This document shows positions 55,334-64,000 of a DNA stretch of 64,000 bases, piece after piece. Position numbers and translations under genes: made by a program. Below the pieces are notes generated by a model. That model was not told where the DNA came from. It ran no database searches and saw only the letters and a program-made list of their open reading frames with translations. The stretch is from an uncultured Gemmatimonadales bacterium (GTDB lineage: Bacteria; Gemmatimonadota; Gemmatimonadetes; Longimicrobiales; RSA9). The DNA is taken from contig OY970192.1 in NCBI GenBank assembly GCA_963708135.1, positions 448,001 to 512,000 on the forward strand. Direction: 5' to 3'. Positions within the stretch are counted from its first letter, which is position 1; each line of letters opens with the position of its first letter.

Positions 55334-56410
55334 ATGACACCACTCGACTGGACCTTCTACGGAACCCCCGTCCGGGGCTGGCTCTACGCGGCGCTGATCG
55401 CGCTTCTCTCCTTTGCGGTGCTGCACGCGGTCAAGTCCATCGTCGTGCGGCGGCTGGCGACGATCGCGGAACGCACGCGGAACGACTACGACGACCTCGC
55501 GGTGGACCTGCTGCGCCGCCTCGCCTCGCCGGTCCTCTTCATCGTGGCGTTGGCGATCGGGGCGCAGGACCTGGCGCTGCCGCACATCGCGGGGCGCGGG
55601 CTCGAGGTCGCCCTGGTGATCGCGACGGTGCTCCAGGCTGCCGTCTGGGGCAACCTCGTCATCGCCTTCTTCATCACGCGCCACCTGAAGCAGCGGCTGG
55701 CGGAGGACCCGGCGAGCGCGACGACCTTGAACGCGCTCGGCTTCATTGCGCGGCTGCTGCTGTGGACGGTGCTGTTCCTGCTCGGCCTCGACAACCTGGG
55801 CATCGACATCACGGCGCTGGTCGCGGGGCTCGGCGTGGGCGGCATCGCCGTGGCGCTGGCGGTGCAGAACATCCTGGGCGACCTGTTCGCGTCGCTCTCC
55901 ATCGTGCTCGACAAGCCGTTCGTGCTCGGCGACTTCATCATCGTGGACGAGCTCATGGGCACGGTCGAGTACATCGGGCTCAAGACGACCCGGCTCCGCA
56001 GCATCTCCGGCGAGCAGATCGTGTGCTCGAACACGGACCTGCTGAAGACGCGGATCCGCAACTACAAGCGGATGTTCGAGCGACGCGTCGTGTTCACGGT
56101 CGGACTCGTCTACGGCACGCCGAAGGAGAAGCTCGCGCGCGTGCCCGGGATCGTACGCTCGCTCGTCGAGGCGCAGGACGGGACGCGCTTCGATCGCTGC
56201 CACTTCAAGAGCTACGGCGCCTTCTCGCTCGACTTCGAGACCGTGTACTTCGTCCTCGACCCCGACTACAACCGCTACATGGACATCCACCAGACGCTGA
56301 ACCTCGGGATCTACGAGGAGTTCGAGAAGGAAGGCCTCGAGTTCGCCTTCCCCACGCAGACCATCCAGCTCGAGGGCGCCACCGCCGCCGCCGGCGGAGC
56401 GGCCGGGTAG
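55334..56410 (+). CDS. mscS: Small-conductance mechanosensitive channel family protein
   Basis: ALVAGLGVGGIAVALAVQNILGDLFASLSIVLDKPF, GTVEYIGLKTT, EFAFPTQT. Confidence 0.93.
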   Translation: MTPLDWTFYGTPVRGWLYAALIALLSFAVLHAVKSIVVRRLATIAERTRNDYDDLAVDLLRRLASPVLFIVALAIGAQDLALPHIAGRGLEVALVIATVLQAAVWGNLVIAFFITRHLKQRLAEDPASATTLNALGFIARLLLWTVLFLLGLDNLGIDITALVAGLGVGGIAVALAVQNILGDLFASLSIVLDKPFVLGDFIIVDELMGTVEYIGLKTTRLRSISGEQIVCSNTDLLKTRIRNYKRMFERRVVFTVGLVYGTPKEKLARVPGIVRSLVEAQDGTRFDRCHFKSYGAFSLDFETVYFVLDPDYNRYMDIHQTLNLGIYEEFEKEGLEFAFPTQTIQLEGATAAAGGAAG

Positions 56411-56416
56411 TCCGCC

Positions 56417-56665
56417 ATGGGCTTCTTCGTCCTGATCATCCTGATGATGGTGCTGGTCCCGATCGCCCGCGCCATCGCCGACCGCATCGGCTCCGGCGGC
56501 CCCTCGCCCGTCGAGCTGGAGCGTGTCCGCCGCGCCCTGGAGGCCGCCGAGCAGCGCGCCGCCGACGGCGACCAGCGCATCGGCCAGCTCGAGGAGCGCG
56601 TCGATTTCCTCGAGAAGCTACTCCAGGCCCCACGCGCCGGGGAGCGGCTGCCGCCCGGGAGCTGA
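56417..56665 (+). CDS. Small membrane-anchored coiled-coil protein
   Basis: N-terminal hydrophobic helix, LEERVDFLEKLL; 6 bp after mscS. Confidence 0.7.
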   Translation: MGFFVLIILMMVLVPIARAIADRIGSGGPSPVELERVRRALEAAEQRAADGDQRIGQLEERVDFLEKLLQAPRAGERLPPGS

Positions 56666-56704
56666 GGCCCGTTCCCTCGCCCTCCTCACCCCCGCCCCGC
56701 CCTC

Positions 56705-56890
56705 CCCCCAGAGTGGGAGAGTGGGAGAGTGGGGGACCGGGCGACGATCGCGGGGCGCGCGGGACGCCGGGCCTCTCGGACCGCCGGGTCCCTCACCCTC
56801 ACCCTCGCCCTCGCCCTCCCATACCCCAATCCGAATCCGTACCCTCCCCCTCGCCCCCACCCTTCTCACCCCCGTCCTCGCCCTCGGGCG
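56705..56890. repeat. GAGTGGGA element end plus (CCCTCR)n hexamers
   Basis: gagtgggagagtgggagagtgggggaccgggcgacgatcg; ccctcaccctcaccctcgccctcg. Confidence 0.7.
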
Positions 56891-57085
56891 CCTTCTTGCG
56901 TGCAGCGCCGCGAAGGTCGTATCTGTCGCGGCGGCCCGAGCCCAAAGAAAAGGCAGTCTTCGCGGCGCGGGTCGCCGAAAACCGGACGTGGATGACAGGG
57001 CAGGAGGAAGTCTTCGCCGCCGCCGCGCCGGCCCGCTGTGTGGGTGGCCGGGCGGCCGGGCGGAAGGAGGGAGAGGGGGATCGCG

Positions 57086-58846
57086 ATGAACTGGCGGGCG
57101 GAGCGGAACGAGAATCGGGCGTGGCTGTCGAGGCGGGCGGGGCCGCGGTGGGTGGGGCTCGCGGCGGCGGTGGTGGCGGCGGCGCTCGTGGGGCCGGCGG
57201 CGGCGGCGTCGCAGCAGAAGACGCCGCCGGCGCCCCCGGGTGCGGATAGCGTGCCGAGGCCGGTGGCGGATACGGCGGGAGTCCGTCCGCTGTCGCTCGA
57301 GGCGGCGATGCGGCTGGCGGAGGACAACAGCCAGCAGGTGCTGCTCGCGCGGGCGGCGCTGCTGCGGGCGCGGGGCGGCGAGTGGCAGGCGCGGAGCGCG
57401 CTGCTGCCGCAGCTGAACGCCACGGCGGGATACACCCGCACGCTGGCCACCGAGTTCTCCTCGGTGACGAGCGGCGCGAGCGTGGACACGACCACGGGCC
57501 CCCAGAACTGCAACGGGTTCACGCCGAACCCGACCCTGCCGCTTGCGCAGCGGGTGGACTCGCTCGAGCACGCGGTCAACTGCTCGACGAACGGCAACCC
57601 GTTCTCGGCGTTCCGGAACCTGCCGTTCGGGCGCACGAACCAGTACAACCTGGGGCTGTCGTTCTCGCAATCGCTGTTCGCGGGCGGGCGCAACTGGGCG
57701 CAGACGCGCGCCGCCGCGGCCACGCGGCGGATCGCGGAGATCGGGCTCGGCACGGCCCGCGCGCAGGTGCTCCTTGATGTGACGCAGGCGTACTACGACG
57801 CGGCGCTGTCGGACCGGCTGCTGGCGATCGCCGAGGCGACGCTCGCGCAGGCGCAGACGACGCTCGCGCAGACGCGGCTCGCCAGGCAGGTCGGCGAGCA
57901 GCCGGAGTTCGAGCTGCTGCGGGCGCAGGTCCAGTACCAGAACGAGCGGCCGGTGGTGATCCAGCGACGCTCGGACCGGGACCTGGCCTACATGCACCTG
58001 AAGCAGGTGCTGAATCTGCCGCAGGACACGACGCTCTCGCTGACGACGGGGCTCGAGGACTCCACCCTCGCGCCGGTCGTACAGCTGGTGTCGGCCGAGA
58101 TGCCGGCGGTCGGCGACACGGCCACGGCGATGCGCGCGCCGGTGCGGCAGGCGGAGCAGTCGCTCGCGGCCAGCCAGGCGCAGCAGCACGTGGCGGGGGC
58201 GGAGCGGCTGCCGTCCATCAGCCTGGTCTCGCAGTTCGGCAAGGTGGCCTACCCGGAGAGCGGCCTGCCCTCCTCGTTGGGGCAGTTCCGCACCAACTGG
58301 ACGGTGGGGATCTCCGTGCAGCTGCCGATCTTCGATGGCGGCCGCATCCTTGGCGACCAGCTGGTGGCGCGGGCCGGCGTGCTGCAGGCGCGGGCGAGCC
58401 TGACGCAGACGCGCCAGCTCGCGGCCGTGGACACGCGCAGCGCGCTCGAGCGGCTGCGCGCCGCCGAGGCGTCCTACCAGGCGAGCGCGGGCACCGTCGA
58501 GCAGGCCACGAAGGCGTACTCGATCGCCGAGCTGCGCTACAAGGAGGGGATCTCGACCCAGCTCGAGCTCTCCGACTCGCGCATCCTGCTCCAGCAGGCG
58601 GAGGCCAACCGGGCGCAGGCGGCCCGCGATCTCCAGGTGGCCCGGGTGCGCGCGGCGCTGCTGCCGTACCTGCCACTCGGCGCGGGCAGCGCCGGCACGC
58701 CGGCGGCGGCCACGCAGGGCGGCGTCCAGGCGGCCGGACAGGCACAGCAGCAGCAGCCGACGCAGTCGCCGGCGCAGGGCCAGCAGGCGCAGCAGACCTC
58801 CGCCGGCGGCGCCGCGCAGGCGGGGCGGCCGACGGGCGGGAGCTGA
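57086..58846 (+). CDS. TolC-family outer-membrane efflux protein
   Basis: Signal peptide, LSLEAAMRLA, SALLPQL, DVTQAYY, LPIFDGG, LRYKEGISTQLEL. Confidence 0.92.
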   Translation: MNWRAERNENRAWLSRRAGPRWVGLAAAVVAAALVGPAAAASQQKTPPAPPGADSVPRPVADTAGVRPLSLEAAMRLAEDNSQQVLLARAALLRARGGEWQARSALLPQLNATAGYTRTLATEFSSVTSGASVDTTTGPQNCNGFTPNPTLPLAQRVDSLEHAVNCSTNGNPFSAFRNLPFGRTNQYNLGLSFSQSLFAGGRNWAQTRAAAATRRIAEIGLGTARAQVLLDVTQAYYDAALSDRLLAIAEATLAQAQTTLAQTRLARQVGEQPEFELLRAQVQYQNERPVVIQRRSDRDLAYMHLKQVLNLPQDTTLSLTTGLEDSTLAPVVQLVSAEMPAVGDTATAMRAPVRQAEQSLAASQAQQHVAGAERLPSISLVSQFGKVAYPESGLPSSLGQFRTNWTVGISVQLPIFDGGRILGDQLVARAGVLQARASLTQTRQLAAVDTRSALERLRAAEASYQASAGTVEQATKAYSIAELRYKEGISTQLELSDSRILLQQAEANRAQAARDLQVARVRAALLPYLPLGAGSAGTPAAATQGGVQAAGQAQQQQPTQSPAQGQQAQQTSAGGAAQAGRPTGGS

Positions 58847-58935
58847 GACGCGCGTGCCGGCGGAGGGCGCGCGTCGAGCGGGCGGCGCCCCTTCGCGGGA
58901 CACGACCTGAACCGAGGGTGGGAGGGGATCGATCG

Positions 58936-60075
58936 ATGCGACGGGGATGCTGGCGGTGGAGGTGGACGGCGCTCGCGGCCGCCGTGGCGCTGGCGGCGTG
59001 CGGCCGCGGCGGCGGACCGCCGGCGGCCGAGCAGGCGCCGGCGACCGTGACGGTCGGGCCTGAGAACATCGTGGTCGCGCGCGAGGGCACGGTGCAGACC
59101 GGCCCCGCCATCTCGGGCTCGCTCGAGGCGGAGCGGCAGGCGACGGTGCGGGCGCAGGTCTCCGGCCCGATCCTGCAGACGTACGCCGAGCAGGGCCAGG
59201 CGGTGAAGAAGGGCGAGCTGCTCATGCGGATCGACGACACGGCGCTGCGCGATGGCTACCTCTCGGCGCAGGCGGCGGTGCGGACGGCGGAGCAGGCGTC
59301 GGAGCTCGCGCAGCGGAACCTGGAGCGCGCCAGGACGCTGCACTCCGCGGGCGCGATCTCGGACCGCGACCTCGAGACGGCGCAGGCGAACGCGACCAGC
59401 GCGGCGGCCGGGGCCGCGGATGCGCGCGCTCGCCTGGCGCTCGCCCGCAAGCAGCTCGAGGACACGCGCGTCCGCTCGCCCATGACGGGCGTCGTCGCCA
59501 GCCGCGCGGTTTCCGCCGGCGACGTGGTGCAGCCGGGCGGCGCGCTCATCACCGTGGTGGACCCCACGAGCATGCGGCTCCAGGCGTCGGTGCCGTCGGA
59601 CCAGGTCGGCGCCGTGCACATCGGCGCGCCCGTGGAGTTCCGCGTGAACGGGTATCCGGGGCGGACGTTCGAGGGCAAGGTGACCCGGATCGCGCCGGCC
59701 GCGAACCCGACCACCCGGCAGGTGCCGATCTACGTATCGATCCCGAACCGCGGCGGTCAGCTCGTGGGCGGGCTCTACGCCGAGGGGCGCGTGGCGAGCC
59801 AGACCAGGCAGGGGGTCGTGGTGCCCGGCTCGGCTGTCGAGCGCAGCGAGGGCAACGCGGACGTGCTGCGGGTTCAGAAGGGCGTCGTGCAGAAGGTGCC
59901 GGTCCAGCTCGGCATCGAGGACCCGCAGGCGGAGACGGTGCAGGTCCTCTCCGGCGTCTCGCCGGGCGACACCCTGCTGGCCGGCGCCGCCCTCGGCCTC
60001 ACCCCCGGCACCCCCGTGCGGGTCGAGAGGCTGCAGGAGGGGCCGGGCGCGGCAAGCTCCACCGGCCCACCGTAG
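58936..60075 (+). CDS. Efflux RND-type periplasmic adaptor (membrane fusion) lipoprotein
   Basis: LAA-C lipobox, VRAQVSG, GQAVKKGELL, VRSPMTGVV, GDVVQPG, PTTRQV. Confidence 0.92.
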   Translation: MRRGCWRWRWTALAAAVALAACGRGGGPPAAEQAPATVTVGPENIVVAREGTVQTGPAISGSLEAERQATVRAQVSGPILQTYAEQGQAVKKGELLMRIDDTALRDGYLSAQAAVRTAEQASELAQRNLERARTLHSAGAISDRDLETAQANATSAAAGAADARARLALARKQLEDTRVRSPMTGVVASRAVSAGDVVQPGGALITVVDPTSMRLQASVPSDQVGAVHIGAPVEFRVNGYPGRTFEGKVTRIAPAANPTTRQVPIYVSIPNRGGQLVGGLYAEGRVASQTRQGVVVPGSAVERSEGNADVLRVQKGVVQKVPVQLGIEDPQAETVQVLSGVSPGDTLLAGAALGLTPGTPVRVERLQEGPGAASSTGPP

Positions 60076-60119
60076 GTCCGGCGCCCCGAGGGCGCAGTGT
60101 CCCGCGTCCGCTTCCCGCG

Positions 60120-62260
60120 CTAACCCGGCGCGTCCAGCACTTCCCGCACCTTGCGGGCGAGGGCGGCGGGCGTGAACGGCTTCTCGATGAACTGCAGCAC
60201 TTCGCCGGGCTCCGCCTCGCCCCCCACGACGTCGGCGGTGTAGCCCGACATGAGCAGCACGCGCGCGCCCGAAAGGCGGCGGGCCAGCTCGCGCCCGCCC
60301 ATCCCGGGCATCACCATGTCGGTCAGCAGCAGGTCGAAGCGCGTGCCCTCCCCGACGAGCGAGAGCGCGGCCGCGGGGTCCTCGGCCTCGACCACGCGGT
60401 AGCGGCTGCGCTCCAGGGCGCGGCGGGCCAGGCGCCGCACGGCGGGATCATCCTCCACCAGCAGCACCACCTCCTCCCCGCGCGCCTCCGGCACCGGGCC
60501 CGCCGCGCCGGCCGGCAGCAGGCCCGCCGCACCGGGGGGCGCCGGGGCCGTCGCGCCGGGGGGCGCCGGGGCCGTCGCGCCGGGGGGCGCCGGGGCCGCC
60601 CCGCCAGCCGGCGCCGCGGCTTCCGGATCGAGGCGTGTGGCGGCCGCGGGAGCGACGGGAGTCGTGGCCGCAGGCGCCGCCCGTGATGATCCACGCGACC
60701 CGGCCGCCGCCACGCCGGCGCGCTCGACAGCCTCGCGGTGGGCGGCGGGGAAGTAGAGCTTGAACGTGGTCCCGGCGCCCGGCTCGCTGTAGACCCAGAT
60801 GGCGCCGCCGCTCTGCTTCACGATGCCGTAGACCGTGGAGAGGCCGAGCCCGGTTCCGCGCGCGGGTCCCTTGGTGGTGAAGAAGGGCTCGAAGACGCGT
60901 CGCCGCGTCGCCTCGTCCATGCCGGTGCCGGTATCCGCGACGGAGAGCATGGCATACAGGCCGGCGTGGACCTCGAGGTGGGTGTCGGCGTACTCCTCGC
61001 CGAGCTCGGCGCGCTCGGTACGGATGGTGAGGCGGCCGCCGCGCGGCATGGCGTCGCGGGCGTTGACGGCCAGGTTCATGACCACCTGCTCGACCTGGCC
61101 GGGATCGAGCAGAGCGGGGGGCAGCGCAGCATCGAGGCGTGTGACGACCTCCACGTCCTCGCCGATCAGGCGCCGGAGCATCCGTCGCGAGTCGGCGATC
61201 AGCGCGTTGAGGTCGAGGACCTCGGGCTCGAGCACCTGCCGGCGACTGAACGCCAGCAGCTGGCGCGTGAGCGTCGCGGCGCGCCCGGCGCTCCTGCCGA
61301 TCTCCTCGATCTCCGGGCGCGCGGGGTGGCCGGCCGCGAGCGCATCGAGCGCGAAGAGCGTGCAGCCGTTGATCACGGTGAGCAGGTTGTTGAAGTCGTG
61401 GGCCACCCCGCCCGCCAGCAGGCCGATCGACTCGAGGCGCTGCGCCTCGCGCATCTGGGCGGCGGTCTCGCGGCGGGTGGTGACATCGTCGAACAGGGCC
61501 GCCACGCCGGCCGGCTCTCCGCCGGCGCCCTGGACGGGGAAGATGCTGAAGCTCCAGTGCCGTTCCTCCGCGCCGGAGGCCGAGGGGCCGCTGACCTCGA
61601 GCTCTCGCAGCGGCTCGCCTGTCTCGAGCACCCGCACGAGCTTCGGGACGAGGTCGCTCGCGTAGCCGGCTCCGAGACCGCCCGCCGAGCGGCCGAGCTC
61701 GCGCGCCGGCACGACGCCCATGAGCGCGCCGGCGCTGCGGTTGATACGGCGGCAGCGGAGCTCCTCGTCCCAGAGGATGAAGCCCGCCGGCAGCGTCTCG
61801 AGCAGCGCGTCCAGCAGCCCCAGGGTGCGCTCGTGCTCGCGCGCCGCCCTCTGCCGCGAGGCCTCCGCGCTGCGCACTTCCTCCGCCACGCGCGCGAGCC
61901 GCTCCTCCCGCTGCTCCGCGTCGTGCGCCATCCGGAGCCGGTTCTGGAGGTGCCCGAGCAGCGTGTCCCGGCGCGCTTCCAGCCGCTCCGTCAGCAGGCG
62001 CTGCCGCAGCTCCTCCGACACCCGGGCGTCCTCGCCGTGCCGCCGCCACGCCACGGCATGCGCGCGCCGGAACGCGGCCACCATCCACAGCGTCGCGCCC
62101 AGGACGGCGATGAGCCCGGCCAGCTCGCCCACGATGCGGGCGGGAAGCCGCACGGCCCACAGTCCGAAAGCCGCCATCTCCAGCGCCCCCGTCAGCGCCA
62201 GCAGCGCCGCCGCGGCAAGGCGTCGGCGCGGGAAGGCCGGATCCCCGGGCCGGTCCCGAC

Positions 62261-62264
<4 letters not shown>
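60120..62264 (-). CDS. Membrane hybrid sensor histidine kinase (TM-PAS-HisKA-HATPase-REC)
   Basis: [55 protein letters not shown] start overlaps upstream stop. Confidence 0.93.

Positions 62265-64000
<1,736 letters not shown>

Overview
Very GC-rich bacterial chromosomal window; gene content suggests a Gemmatimonadota-like lineage (inference only). 1-22 kb is mostly core genes: a TolB-like lipoprotein, an EF-G paralogue, DoxX, a divergent membrane pyrophosphatase, an imuA-imuB-dnaE2 mutagenesis operon extended by VOC, aldo-keto reductase and PA0069-type radical SAM genes, and a sigma54-activator/TPR/lipoprotein module with a readable enhancer-IHF-promoter layout. 22.5-50.7 kb is a layered defence/stress island built around a pafB-pafC-like WYL pair. 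It holds five toxin-antitoxin-type modules, a DUF4011 helicase-nuclease, three intact HNH nucleases, a SEC-C protein, an SNF2-SWIM helicase and many duplicated, reciprocally decayed or internally deleted gene relics. 51-64 kb returns to core genes: amidohydrolase, amidase, MscS, TolC plus membrane fusion protein, and two hybrid histidine kinases. Most notable: (i) PafBC-like regulators together with RecA-NDp-like promoters (TGTCRN-N10/11-[-10]) in front of island genes; (ii) a MITE-like GAGTGGGA element inserted in frame several times in imuB and dnaE2; (iii) several unrelated palindromic arrays sharing a ~60-62 bp period. No rRNA, tRNA, cas gene, transposase or integrase was recognised. All calls are by-eye motif recognition without database searches.
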